Counted from the stretch's first letter, positions 43,500-53,927 are shown. The stretch is DNA of 64,000 bases from Alphaproteobacteria bacterium (GCA_965222575.1 OZ244958.1:256001-320000), one strand, 5' to 3'. Notes: generated from the letters alone by a model not told the origin. Translations and numbers: made by a program.

Positions 43500-43527
43500 T
43501 TGATTTTCTTCATCTACCTGCTATAAT
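43500..43527 (+). promoter_or_regulatory. Extended -10 promoter convergent on the muF 3' end
   Basis: TTGATT-16 nt-TATAAT with TGn extension (TGCTATAAT). Confidence 0.6.
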
Positions 43528-43627
43528 AATTGGTAATGATGTCTGGGGAAGTTAAGTAGCATTGATCCACGGAAAGGTCGCCACTGCCGCTTCTTTGCTT
43601 CAGGTAAGCCGTGTTGCTTGGAGTACA

Positions 43628-44896
43628 TCATTTGCGTGTTCCCCCTTTTTTATATAAAAGAAACCCTTCTCGGACGTTGTTTAAGGTGTTCTTTTGACTG
43701 CGATTCAAAAATGTTAAGTCCTCTAACATACCTGCCGCCCCCTGAATAACAAAAATAACGTTGCTTTGTTCACCAAAATCAAGATTACAAATATATCTCT
43801 TTCTGATAACAGGCATACTCCTGCCCTTATAAACTCTCCTTTCAATGGTGCGCCAGATTTCTTGAGGGTTCTTGATTGCCTCCAGTAGTCCGCTTATATA
43901 TTTCCCACGCTTCAACCCCTTGCTCTGATATAAGTGTAGAGCTAGAGACTTTGCGTTTACTCTCACCGCTCCACCCATCACATCTTTCATGATGACATTA
44001 CCCCCACCCATGACTTTAGCAATGGATTCTTCCAGCTCTTTACCACTTGATGGCGAAGGGCTTGGCTTCATTTTTTTCAGTACGGGCAACTTTTCCTCAA
44101 GTCCGTGGTCTTTCCAATTTTTCAGGTTTTTGTTTGTTATCATCCACTTTTTTTTGTTCATCCCCCACGCCCGCAGTGTCGCAAACCCGAGGAAATCCGC
44201 GTAATTCCCCGTCCCAGCATTATAGGCAAAGCCCGGTGATATCCCCTGTGGCACACTCACCATTACCCGCCCCGCACTTGTGGTCATAGGGCGTATTTCC
44301 TTCCTAACGCGGGGGGCTTTTTTGGCAACTTTTAATCCTCGCCGACCCAAATCCCTATCATTAAGACTTTGGACACTACACCGACAACCCCAGCCATTAG
44401 GCGGCGTATGAGTCGACCACCACCCATCATCCACAGGGAGTATGGTATTATGCCAACTGCCATGCTCCGGGCGCTCCCGACCATCCATTAGTGCCGTATA
44501 ACGGAGATAGGGACGCGTTTCTTTGGTTGACTGTATCTGCTCCCACCGCCCTGCCGCATAGGCACTCCGTATGTTGGTCTGATAGATTATTCGACTCCGC
44601 CATGCTTTGTACTTTCTTCCTCCCTTTTGATACTTTTTCCAGCCGTGCCGTCCCGCAATTTCATTGAGATTTTTTCTGAACCACTTTAAGTCCTTGCCCT
44701 CTTCCATTGCGCGCAACAGAGAAGTATGGATATCCGCTAAACATTGCTCATTGCGCAGACCAGCCACCATAAAGGCACGACTATGCGCCCCCTGCCAAAT
44801 GTCATTCCAGCGCTCTGTTGGAACTTTGTGCTTCTTCTGCAGGAAATCAATAGCTTCTCCAAAAGGTAAGCCTCTGTTTATGACCTCACTCGTCAT
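43628..44896 (-). CDS. MuF/SPP1 gp7 minor head protein with PBECR2-like C-terminal nuclease domain
   Basis: AFMVAG, TNIRSAYAAGRW, RPEH, PPNGWGCRC; C-terminal IKNPQEIW..RKRYI..REGFLLY. Confidence 0.85.
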   Translation of the reverse strand: MTSEVINRGLPFGEAIDFLQKKHKVPTERWNDIWQGAHSRAFMVAGLRNEQCLADIHTSLLRAMEEGKDLKWFRKNLNEIAGRHGWKKYQKGGRKYKAWRSRIIYQTNIRSAYAAGRWEQIQSTKETRPYLRYTALMDGRERPEHGSWHNTILPVDDGWWSTHTPPNGWGCRCSVQSLNDRDLGRRGLKVAKKAPRVRKEIRPMTTSAGRVMVSVPQGISPGFAYNAGTGNYADFLGFATLRAWGMNKKKWMITNKNLKNWKDHGLEEKLPVLKKMKPSPSPSSGKELEESIAKVMGGGNVIMKDVMGGAVRVNAKSLALHLYQSKGLKRGKYISGLLEAIKNPQEIWRTIERRVYKGRSMPVIRKRYICNLDFGEQSNVIFVIQGAAGMLEDLTFLNRSQKNTLNNVREGFLLYKKGGTRK

Positions 44897-46128
44897 TATC
44901 TTTGTATTCGTCTTGCCCTACCAAATGAGACAACGCTATGGCTTGTTGTAGTTTCTTTGGCGCTTCCCCTTTGATGTCTAACGCCTCTAGTTTGCCCGCC
45001 AAATCCTCTAAGGATGTAGCTTTGTTAGTAAGCTTTTCAATGTCTTTTAATATCTCCGCATCCCCATCACTCTCAAGCGATTCCTCTACTAAATAATCCA
45101 CACTATCCAGCACCTCCTCATCTTCTCCTGCTGCCATCTCTTCGTCTTTAGAGACCTCAGAGAGGCTTTGTGTGGTCATCCCCTCTGTCGCACCTGTCCG
45201 CGAAGGCGTATCATTTTCGTCCTTAGGCGCCGGCAATCCTAACTTTGAGCGTATAGCCTCTGCTGAGATTTTTACCCCTCTATCCATGGCCTTCATCACC
45301 ATGTCCATATCCGCCTTTTCTTCTGGCTCTATGACAATCTTGGGATATGCCTGCCTCTCACCACGATTAAGTGCCACTATCAACGGCACGACTTGCCTAT
45401 TGATTGTCTGGGCAATGGCAGTAGCATCCGACCTTAAAATAGAGGCTTTAACTTCGCCGTGGACTTTGGCTTGTGACATTGACGACCCGTCATCCGTTGT
45501 CATAGTTTGACCCAACACAAGCTTTGATATCTGTTTGTTAGAGTATTCTAACAATTTCTGATGGTCTGAGGAGGATTGGCCTTTGCCCCAAATCAACTCT
45601 ATATTCATACTTTGAGGCACCGCCGCCGCCATGTCAGACGACAGATTACGCAAGGCGCTCAACAGCTTTGTCTTGTCCTCTTCAGTGGCCTCCGCCCCAA
45701 ACTTGCCAACTCGAATAGGTTTGCCGAACAGTTCAAGATATTCCACCCAATCCTTCAGACTGAATTGCTGGTACAACCACAGCATCAACGCAGGCATAAG
45801 TAATCCTGCCGGAGTACCAGAAGACTTAAAACTATGCCGATGCACAACAATTTTGCCTTGTGGGATTTCCTCTTCATCTCCGACACTAGTGTCCTCTTTT
45901 TTCAGTTTCCATGCCCCCTCTTTGTGGACAAATCCCCTTTGGTCACGCCATTGAATATCCGGATGCCATACGTCCGAGTGGCGCCAAACAAGCTCTCCTA
46001 CCGAAAAACCCTTGGGGAGTGCGTCAAGTAAATCATAGACTACCTCTTCCCACGCTAATGACGATATCCATTGCTCTATTAACTCAGCATCGTCCTTTGA
46101 CGAAGGCGTATCATCCGCCGCTACACGA
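44886..46128 (-). pseudogene. Mu gp29/DUF935 portal protein, 5'-truncated
   Basis: Frame open upstream of the track ORF (DLLDALPKGFSVGELVW..) to about 46128 without a start codon; ELFGKP, ISKLVLGQTMTT. Confidence 0.85.
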
Positions 46129-46588
46129 AGCAGCGAAAAAGGGGGATTTACAACAGTGCCAAGAGTTAATTTTGAAGGGACACGATGTTAATGAAAGAGA
46201 AGATAGTCGTTGGTCTGGTCACTTCACTCCTCTTCATTATGCTGCGGCGAGGGGACATTTGGATGTTGTATATTTACTCCTAAGTAGTGGTGCTCTTATT
46301 GATGCTCGGACTGTTTCAATGCGTGATACCCCCTTGGATAGAGCAAACAACAGAAGAAAGTGGAATGACGATGAGAGTACTAAGAAAATAGCGCTATTTT
46401 TAGCACAAGGAGGCGTTTGGGTAGAGGGACAAGATATCAACAAGGCTCTCCCTTCTGAGAAGGATAATACCCAAACACAGCCTAATGACCCCGATGAAGA
46501 TGATGGTGGTACTTTCTGGTTCTGGTTTTGGCTGATTTCAGCTATTTTCGTTGGCCTCGTAATTATAAGAAGAAAGAAGAAGAAATAG
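46113..46588 (+). pseudogene. Ankyrin repeat protein with C-terminal GG-TM-basic tail, 5'-truncated
   Basis: PLHEAAKKG, TPLHYAAARGH, TPLD; upstream part of the track ORF is antisense portal sequence. Confidence 0.75.
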
Positions 46589-46649
46589 CGTGTTGCCAAG
46601 CACGCTTTATAGCTTTATAGTATATTTATGGATAAAAATATAAAGGTGA

Positions 46650-47075
46650 ATGATGAAAAAGCTAATGATACTCAGTGCTTTGGGTGTAATCATAACACTT
46701 ACTTTTCATAGCCACCCTGTTAAGGCAGGAGTTTTAGATTCACTGCTCAAGCAACTGGTTGAGGAGAAAACTGGTATCTCAATTGACCAACTGACAAAGT
46801 CTATCCAAGAGGCAGCAAAAGCTGGAGATTTGAAGGGGATAAAAAAATTCATAGGGGAGGGAGCAAACATCAATGGGAGTTCTTTCGCGGACTCACCGCT
46901 GAAAAAAGCTATTGAGGGGGGGCACAAGGAGGTAGTAGCGTTCCTAGTGGAGAAGGGGGCTTCTGTGAAGGTACAGGATAAGGACGGCTTAACACCGCTT
47001 CAGTTAGCGGTTAAAGGAGGCAATAAGGATATAATTAGTATCCTAGAAACAGAACTCAATAAGACAGAAAATTAG
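46650..47075 (+). CDS. Secreted short ankyrin repeat protein
   Basis: Signal peptide ending VKA; about 3 ANK repeats (SPLKKAIEGGH, TPLQLAVKGGN). Confidence 0.9.
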   Translation: MMKKLMILSALGVIITLTFHSHPVKAGVLDSLLKQLVEEKTGISIDQLTKSIQEAAKAGDLKGIKKFIGEGANINGSSFADSPLKKAIEGGHKEVVAFLVEKGASVKVQDKDGLTPLQLAVKGGNKDIISILETELNKTEN

Positions 47076-47217
47076 TGCGTAAGCTGTAGCTTGTGCTCTT
47101 CTTTGTAGGCTTTCTCAAACAAAGCTTCACCTTTGTCTCTTGAAAACACCTGTTCCAATTTTGGACATCAATTAGTTTCTAATTTTTTACCACAATTCAC
47201 AAAGGGTTGCCATGAGT

Positions 47218-47294
47218 TGGTGGGCGGTGACGGGCTCGAACCGCCGACCCTCTCGGTGTAAACGAGATGCTCTACCAAACTGAGCTAACCGCCC
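47218..47294 (-). tRNA. tRNA-Val(TAC)
   Basis: GGGCGGTTAGCTCAG..TCTCG TT TAC AC CGAGA..GGTTCGAGCCC..ACCA. Confidence 0.97.
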
Positions 47295-47335
47295 CCTCCG
47301 AAAAAAAACTTCCTCGTAAACCCCAGTAGCACAAC

Positions 47336-47542
47336 CTATATATAAAACGATGGACGCTTCCTCATCACCTTACGTGAACGCCGAAGCGTCTCAGAACGCT
47401 CCCGCTTCTTCCTCTCCGAAGGCTTCTCGTAATAACGATGCAACTTCATCTTCCTCAATAACCCCTCACGCTGTAGCTTCTTCTTCAAAAACTTCAACGC
47501 ATGCTCTATATTCCCTCCTCTCACCGTCACTTCTAACGTCAT
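47336..47542 (-). CDS. rpsU: 30S ribosomal protein S21
   Basis: NIEHALKFLKKKLQREG..YYEKPSE. Confidence 0.95.
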   Translation of the reverse strand: MTLEVTVRGGNIEHALKFLKKKLQREGLLRKMKLHRYYEKPSERKKRERSETLRRSRKVMRKRPSFYI

Positions 47543-47710
47543 AAAAATCCCACTCAACCTTTCTTCATTACTTCCCCCACAAAAGCATACACCCTCTTAA
47601 AAAAACTCGCAAGATAAAAATCCCCCACAAATTCCCCTCTACATTTTTCCCTCACTATCCTTTATGATAGCATAAAGGCTCAACCTTCCCTCGTAAACCA
47701 TGCCCCCACT

Positions 47711-47989
47711 ATGAAAACACAACACAAAATCCTCCGAAGCTTCCTACAAGAATGGCAAGAATGGATCGCTTCCTTACTCGCTATCATCGGCTGCTTGCTC
47801 CTCGCTTTGAACTCCCTTGTCCTCTCAAAATGGGCTTACCTCTTCCTGCTCCCCTCTACCTTAGGATGGCTCGTCCTGTCTTGGCAACGGCATATGCCAC
47901 ACCTTGCTCTCCTCAATATCGTCTTGTCCTTTATCAATGTCTGGGGACTCTATGCATGGATCATTATCCCTCTCCTCTCATCACAATGA
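47711..47989 (+). CDS. Small 3-TM membrane protein (PnuC-like half)
   Basis: EWIAS, hydrophobic helices, NVWGLYAW; ATGA overlap with cysS. Confidence 0.6.
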   Translation: MKTQHKILRSFLQEWQEWIASLLAIIGCLLLALNSLVLSKWAYLFLLPSTLGWLVLSWQRHMPHLALLNIVLSFINVWGLYAWIIIPLLSSQ

Positions 47990-49347
47990 TTATCCCTCCT
48001 CTCTTGCTCTATGATACACCAAAAGGCAAAAAACGACCCTTCATACCACGCAACCCTCAGCAAGTCGCTCTTTATGTCTGTGGCCCTACTGTCTATGACT
48101 CCCCTCATATCGGTAATGCGCGCGGTGCCCTGACCTTTGACCTCTGGGTACGACTCTTAAGACTCTTTTGGAACGTCAACTATATTAGAAATATCACAGA
48201 TATCGATGATAAAATCCTCGCCAAAGCACAACAAACAAAAATCCCTTGGCAAACAATCGTTGAAAACAATATCAAAGCCTATCATGCAGACATGGAGTGC
48301 TTGGGACTTTTGAACCCTTCTCACGAGCCAAGAGCGACACAGCATGTCCCTCAAATTATCGATTTTATTCAAAAAATCCTCTCAAAAAAACACGCCTACA
48401 CTAACCATCAACATGTCCTATTCGATGTCACAAAAACGAAACATTATGGACAGTTCGCACGCAAAACCCTCTCGGAAATGATCCCCGGCAAACGGGTCAC
48501 TGTAGAAAACTACAAAAAAAATCCTCTGGACTTCATCCTGTGGAAACCCTCCCATGACAATGAAGCAGGATGGAACTCCCCTTGGGGACGCGGACGACCA
48601 GGATGGCACATAGAATGCTCCGTTATGTGCTACCTTTATTGCGGCGAAACTATCGATATCCACGCAGGCGGCGCTGACCTCATCTTCCCTCACCATCAAA
48701 ACGAACTAGCTCAAACAACAGCCCTCACACACAAACCCTTAGCCAATTATTGGCTCCACAACGGACTGTTAACCACCAATAATGCTAAAATGTCCAAAAC
48801 CGTCGGCAATATCTTCTTGGTGAAAGACCTCCTCAAAACCTTCCAACCAGAAGTCCTCCGCTTAGCCCTCATCAAAACACACTATCGACAACAACTCTCC
48901 TTCTCAACCTCAACCCTCAAACAGGCAAAAGACCTCTTAGATAAATGGTACAGACTACTCCTCTCTCAACCCCCAACCCCCCTAACCCCCCCTAAACCCC
49001 ACAACCCAACTTCTCTTCAAGCAGACTTTCTAAACGCTCTCATGGATGACCTCAATATTCCAAAAGCTCTCTCCGTCCTCCATGTACTAGCAGAAAATGA
49101 ACCCATCTCTGCCCTCAAACACAACGCCCAATTCCTTGGACTCCTCCTGCAAAACCCTCAACAATGGTTCCAAGACCAAACAGAGACAACCTTAAAACAA
49201 GAGGATATCCAACAGTTAGTGCTCGCACGACAAACCGCACGGAAAAACAAAAACTTCAAAGACGCTGATGCTATTCGTGATAAGCTCTTAAAATATGGCA
49301 TTGCTCTTGAAGATAAAGGGGACAAAACCTTTTGGAGAGGAAAATGA
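47986..49347 (+). CDS. cysS: Cysteine--tRNA ligase
   Basis: [27 protein letters not shown]; start at ATG 47986. Confidence 0.97.
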   Translation: MIIPPLLLYDTPKGKKRPFIPRNPQQVALYVCGPTVYDSPHIGNARGALTFDLWVRLLRLFWNVNYIRNITDIDDKILAKAQQTKIPWQTIVENNIKAYHADMECLGLLNPSHEPRATQHVPQIIDFIQKILSKKHAYTNHQHVLFDVTKTKHYGQFARKTLSEMIPGKRVTVENYKKNPLDFILWKPSHDNEAGWNSPWGRGRPGWHIECSVMCYLYCGETIDIHAGGADLIFPHHQNELAQTTALTHKPLANYWLHNGLLTTNNAKMSKTVGNIFLVKDLLKTFQPEVLRLALIKTHYRQQLSFSTSTLKQAKDLLDKWYRLLLSQPPTPLTPPKPHNPTSLQADFLNALMDDLNIPKALSVLHVLAENEPISALKHNAQFLGLLLQNPQQWFQDQTETTLKQEDIQQLVLARQTARKNKNFKDADAIRDKLLKYGIALEDKGDKTFWRGK

Positions 49348-50330
49348 GATTCCTAACAGCTTTTTCTTGTCTCTCTTTTCTTTTCATCATGCCTAAAACT
49401 CATGGTGTTGATAAACCCTTCCCCCAATGGCTCAAACAGCTCAAACAAGAAGCATTAGCCAAAGGATTTCAGCCGTTACTTGTGAAAACCGCCCTTGATG
49501 TCACCTATCGTGAGCAAATCCTCAAAAAAGACCAAAACCAACCCGAACAAAAACGCCTCTTCCAAGAGTACAAATCCGCCCTTCTTTCACCCAGCCGCAT
49601 CAGAAAAGGACAACAAATTCTGTCACAACACCATGCCCTCCTTGAGAAAATAGAACAGACTTACGGCGTGCCGAAATCACTCCTTGTAGCTATTACAGGT
49701 GTAGAAAGCTTCTATGGATTACAGCAAGGCAAAATCCCTGTGGGGGAAGCTCTTGTGGCACTGGCGTATCATAGCCGCCGTAGTACCTTCTTTCGTCGCG
49801 AAGTCTTTGCTTTCTTAAACATTGTCAAAACACTGAATATTCCCCCTAAAAGTCTCCTAGGTTCATGGGCAGGCGCTTTGGGGATGATTCAATTTTTGCC
49901 CACAACCTATCTTGCCTATGCTGTAGATTTTGATGCCGATGGAAAAACCGATATCTGGAAAAACTGGGCGGATGCTTTTGCTTCCGTAGCCTCTTTCCTC
50001 AAACAACGAGGATGGAACACCTCTTCTTATTGGTTTGAAAAAGTTTCCCTCCCCCCACAGTTCCTCATGCCTGCACACTTAAAATCAGGCTGTACCCTTA
50101 TCGAAAAACTGCCTTCACCCAATACTTTGCCACACTGGCGCACAAAAAGACTCAAACTTCTCTCAAAATACCACCCCTCCCTCCCTACAGATGACCAGAA
50201 ACTCTACCTCATCACCCTAGACAACAACGCATACTTAGTAACAAGCCATTATCTTGCCTTATTATCCTATAATTGCTCCCATTACTATGCGCTTTCTATC
50301 ACCCATCTCGCACATGCTTTCCAACAATAA
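49344..50330 (+). CDS. Lytic murein transglycosylase (MltB family)
   Basis: DQNQPE, ESFYG, GSWAGALG..QFLP, AVDFDADG, YNCS..YA. Confidence 0.9.
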   Translation: MRFLTAFSCLSFLFIMPKTHGVDKPFPQWLKQLKQEALAKGFQPLLVKTALDVTYREQILKKDQNQPEQKRLFQEYKSALLSPSRIRKGQQILSQHHALLEKIEQTYGVPKSLLVAITGVESFYGLQQGKIPVGEALVALAYHSRRSTFFRREVFAFLNIVKTLNIPPKSLLGSWAGALGMIQFLPTTYLAYAVDFDADGKTDIWKNWADAFASVASFLKQRGWNTSSYWFEKVSLPPQFLMPAHLKSGCTLIEKLPSPNTLPHWRTKRLKLLSKYHPSLPTDDQKLYLITLDNNAYLVTSHYLALLSYNCSHYYALSITHLAHAFQQ

Positions 50331-51372
50331 TAACAAAAAGCCTGCTCTCCCTTTGCTCTTCCTGAGTGTTTGCCTGCTTGCCGTTTTCCCTCTACAGGGG
50401 TGTTTCAAAAGAGCCCCATCGCCACCACCTCCTCCGCCTCAAGAACCATCACAACCCTCGCAAAGTACAGCAAGAGACCTCAAAATTTTCTCTCCGCCCC
50501 CCTTGAATGCTTCAATCGATAACGTCCTGGTAGGCGTGCCTTATAAAATCAAAGGCAAATGGTATAGCCCTAAAAAAACCTCCCGTTACAAGGAAACAGG
50601 AATCGCTTCTTGGTATGGAAAACCATTCCATGGACGAAAAGCCGCTAATGGGGAAATTTACAACATGTACCACCTCACAGCAGCTCATCAAACGCTACCC
50701 TTGCCTTCTATCGTACGGGTCACCAATTTAGACAATAACCGCTCCTTGCTTGTGCGAATCAATGATAGAGGCCCCTTTATCAATGGACGCATTATTGACT
50801 TGAGTTTACGGGCCGCTCAATTACTAGACTTACATCAAAAGGGTCTTGCGCCCGTTCGCGTCGAACTGGTTTCGCCCTCTCAAGAAGAGCTACAGCAACA
50901 AGCCCTTGCCTTAAAACTCTCCTGTGAAGGACGCCTCTCTTTAGATAAAGCCCTATCCGGGTATCCCAACACACTGCCTACAGAAACAGACAACAAAACA
51001 CAGGACGACACAGAAGAGAATTCTCTCTTGAAAAGAGTTGGTAAAATCCTAGAAGAATTGGCTGACCAATTAGAAAACCGTCCTTTATCTCTTAAAGAAT
51101 TGCTACAAGAAAAGGCGGAAACCGCTGAATATAAAATTTTTGTGCAGGTTGCAGCGCTTTCCATAGAAAAAAATGCCGTGACACTCAAGAATTTCCTGCA
51201 AGACAAGTTACAAACCCCTGTGCAAATCATGCCGTACGCTGTCTCCTCTTCTCGTATCCTCTTCAGAGTCTCCGTAGGGCCTTTTGAGAGCCTTGAAAAA
51301 GCTGATGATATCCTACAGCGGCTCATTGACACAGGGTATCAGGACTCCATCATTGTCGTACGCAGGTTCTAA
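50314..51372 (+). CDS. rlpA: Septal ring lytic transglycosylase RlpA (lipoprotein, SPOR)
   Basis: LQGC lipobox, GIASWYG, TAAH.TLPLPS, RINDRGPF, C-terminal SPOR. Confidence 0.93.
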   Translation: MLSNNNNKKPALPLLFLSVCLLAVFPLQGCFKRAPSPPPPPPQEPSQPSQSTARDLKIFSPPPLNASIDNVLVGVPYKIKGKWYSPKKTSRYKETGIASWYGKPFHGRKAANGEIYNMYHLTAAHQTLPLPSIVRVTNLDNNRSLLVRINDRGPFINGRIIDLSLRAAQLLDLHQKGLAPVRVELVSPSQEELQQQALALKLSCEGRLSLDKALSGYPNTLPTETDNKTQDDTEENSLLKRVGKILEELADQLENRPLSLKELLQEKAETAEYKIFVQVAALSIEKNAVTLKNFLQDKLQTPVQIMPYAVSSSRILFRVSVGPFESLEKADDILQRLIDTGYQDSIIVVRRF

Positions 51373-52041
51373 ATGCCACCTCCTCTTATCGCCCCTTCTC
51401 TCTTAGCAGCCAACCCCTTGGACTTCAAAGAAGAAATTCTCCATCTCCAGCACCATACGGAAGCCGATAGACTGCACCTAGACGTCATGGATGGACATTT
51501 CGTACCAGCTATTTCCTTTGGAGCAGGCTTGATTAAGGCTATTAGGCATCTCACGACTCTGCCCCTTGATGTGCATCTGATGATAACGCCTACTGCCTCT
51601 TCTGTGCACCAGTTTATTGAAGCGGGTCCCGACTCCATTGCTATTCATTATGAAGCAGACAAAAATCTTACGCCTTTCTTGGAAGCGATTAAAAAAGCGA
51701 AGATAAAAGCAGCGTTAGCAATCAATCCTCGCACCTCGTACACTCTTCTTATCCCTTTCTTGCCCCTTTTAGACCAGATTGTCATCATGACGGTTGTGCC
51801 GGGAGAATGCGGACAGCCCTTTTTACCGGAGATTGTTGGGAAAGTGCAAGCCCTTAAAAAGCTCATTGTGGAAAAAAACCTGCCTATCCGCCTCGTAGTA
51901 GACGGCGGTATCACCCTTAAGACAGCCCCTATTGCACTTCTAGCCGGGGCGCATATTCTTGTTAGTGGCAGTGGACTTTTTTCCTTCCCAAGAGAACAAA
52001 GAGCTTCTGTTATCAAGAAAATGAAAGAGCTTCCCTCGTGA
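51373..52041 (+). CDS. rpe: Ribulose-phosphate 3-epimerase
   Basis: IAPSLL, HLDVMDGHFVP, DVHLM, VDGGI. Confidence 0.95.
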   Translation: MPPPLIAPSLLAANPLDFKEEILHLQHHTEADRLHLDVMDGHFVPAISFGAGLIKAIRHLTTLPLDVHLMITPTASSVHQFIEAGPDSIAIHYEADKNLTPFLEAIKKAKIKAALAINPRTSYTLLIPFLPLLDQIVIMTVVPGECGQPFLPEIVGKVQALKKLIVEKNLPIRLVVDGGITLKTAPIALLAGAHILVSGSGLFSFPREQRASVIKKMKELPS

Positions 52042-53603
52042 TAAAAGATATTCGTCCTATAAAAAGAGTGCTTGTGTCTTTAGCTGATAAAGAGTCGTTT
52101 TTGCCTTTTATCAAAGACATTGTCTTGCTAGCGGAGCAACACCACCACCCTGTTGAACTGCTCTCAACAGGTGAGACTGCCAAGGTTTTAAGAGAGCAGG
52201 GTCTTTCCGTTATACTTGTGGAAGAGGTGACGGCTTTTCCGCCTCTTCTCGGGGGGCGCGTAAAGACACTCCATCCTAAAATCCATGGGGCTCTTTTAGC
52301 GTCTCCTGATAATCAGGCACACCAGAAAGAGATGCAGCACTATGGGATAACCCCTGTGGATATGGTGATTGTGTCTTTATACCCTTTTGAAAAAGCTGTC
52401 AAAGACGGACTATCTCCCCAGAGGTGTTTAGAACAGATTGATATAGGCGGGTCTGCTCTATTGAGAGCTGGGGCTAAGAATGCAGACAATGTGAGTGTGA
52501 TTTGTGATACTGAAAGTGCTCGTTGTGCCTTAGAGGACATGAAAAAATTTGCCGGTATCCGACTTAAGACGCGTAAACAATTGGCGTACAAAACCTTTAG
52601 CCTCACGGCGCGTTACGATGCTCTTATAGCGCAATACTTACAAAAAAAAGAGTCGGGAGAATCCTTTCCTCCAACATGGACACTTACCGGCACACGCAAG
52701 CAAGTATTGCGCTATGGGGAAAACCCCCACCAAAAGGCGGCAGCTTATGTTACCACGCAAGGAGGTCTCCTTAGTGCTTCACAACTTCAAGGAAAAGAGT
52801 TGTCCTTTAATAACTTATTAGATGGTAATAGCGCTTGGAAAATTGTGACAGCCCTAGCCCCTCATCCTTGCCCACATAAAGTTGTCATTGTCAAGCATGG
52901 TAACCCTTGTGGCGTTGCAAAGGGGGCGTCTCTTCTTGAGACATGGAACAAGGCTCTTCATGCCGATAAAATCAGCGCTTTCGGTGGTATTATTGCTGTG
53001 AACTCAACCATCCATAAGGATGTTGCAGAGGCCATGACAAAGGAGTTCATTGAACTTGTACTTTGCCCCTCCCTCACAGAAGAGGCAAAAAGTGTCTTTC
53101 AACGAAAAAAATCCTTACGCCTGCTAGTGACTGCCGCACCTCCTCCTGCCTTGTATGAAAGTCGCCCCATCAGTGGAGGCTTTTTAGTACAAGAAGCGGA
53201 TACTCCCCCCCTCTCTCCCGATACCTTCCAAGTGGTGACCCACAAAGCCCCTACTCCCCAACAGATGGAAGACCTTCTTTTTGCTTTTGATGTCTGTCGG
53301 TTTGTACAATCAAACGCCATTGTTTTAGCGAAAGACGGGGTTACTGTCGGTATTGGAGCTGGACAAATGAACAGACTAGATAGTGTGAGTCTTGCTCTCC
53401 AAAAGGCAGCCCAAGGCAAAGGGTTGGTAGCTGCTAGTGATGCCTTCTTTCCTTTCCCAGATGCCCTAGAACTCTTAGCAAAGGCAAAAGTGGAAGCGGT
53501 GATACAACCCGGGGGGGCTAAGAGAGACCAAGAAGTTATCTCGTCTGCGAACCGCACTGGTCTTGCCATGGTGATGACCCGCCGCCGTGCTTTCTCGCAC
53601 TAA
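52038..53603 (+). CDS. purH: AICAR transformylase/IMP cyclohydrolase
   Basis: GRVKTLHP, IDIGG, LRYGENPHQ, KHGNPCG, SDAFFPF. Confidence 0.97.
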   Translation: MIKDIRPIKRVLVSLADKESFLPFIKDIVLLAEQHHHPVELLSTGETAKVLREQGLSVILVEEVTAFPPLLGGRVKTLHPKIHGALLASPDNQAHQKEMQHYGITPVDMVIVSLYPFEKAVKDGLSPQRCLEQIDIGGSALLRAGAKNADNVSVICDTESARCALEDMKKFAGIRLKTRKQLAYKTFSLTARYDALIAQYLQKKESGESFPPTWTLTGTRKQVLRYGENPHQKAAAYVTTQGGLLSASQLQGKELSFNNLLDGNSAWKIVTALAPHPCPHKVVIVKHGNPCGVAKGASLLETWNKALHADKISAFGGIIAVNSTIHKDVAEAMTKEFIELVLCPSLTEEAKSVFQRKKSLRLLVTAAPPPALYESRPISGGFLVQEADTPPLSPDTFQVVTHKAPTPQQMEDLLFAFDVCRFVQSNAIVLAKDGVTVGIGAGQMNRLDSVSLALQKAAQGKGLVAASDAFFPFPDALELLAKAKVEAVIQPGGAKRDQEVISSANRTGLAMVMTRRRAFSH

Positions 53604-53668
53604 TCCGTCTCTATCTAGGGGAAACATGGGGGATAGAGAAGAGACCTTGTACAAAGGAGGTGAAGAAG

Positions 53669-53755
53669 GTGAAAAACCCTATTGTTGGGACGAATATAGA
53701 GCGCCCCACTTGGCTCTCCCCAGAACAAGCAGTACAATACTTAGGAATCAAGTAA
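53669..53755 (+). pseudogene. Truncated excisionase-like HTH fragment
   Basis: AGGAGG RBS, GTG start, ..WLSPEQAVQYLGIK* resembles HTH_17 helix 1. Confidence 0.5.
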
Positions 53756-53761
53756 TTGAAA

Positions 53762-53843
53762 ATAAGGCACTTGCAGAGGAAAGATGGATGTGATATCTTA
53801 ATGAGATAAGGATAAGGCACTTGACGGAGGAAAGATGGATGTG
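53762..53843. repeat. About 31-bp imperfect direct repeat
   Basis: ATAAGGCACTTG..GAGGAAAGATGGATGTG at 53762 and 53812. Confidence 0.85.
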
Positions 53844-53927
53844 GCAAAATAAATTTCATCTAGCGGAGCCGTGGGGGATAACGGAAATGAGGCAGGAAAT
53901 GGGTGCAAGGATATTGAAAATTAAAAC

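Larger units (their letters stand above)
43061..43513 (-). pseudogene. Phage DNA methyltransferase, C-terminally truncated by a promoter-repeat cassette
   Basis: DFYPTP, WEPACG.G, TNPPY motifs; from 43163 down the frame reads through the CRISPR-like repeat. Confidence 0.75.

Noticed and set aside
45911-46112. N-terminal extension of the 225-aa ankyrin ORF
   Set aside because: It is the antisense strand of the portal gene.
47752-47985. N-terminal extension of CysS
   Set aside because: Overlaps the upstream membrane ORF; CysS-like sequence starts at ATG 47986.
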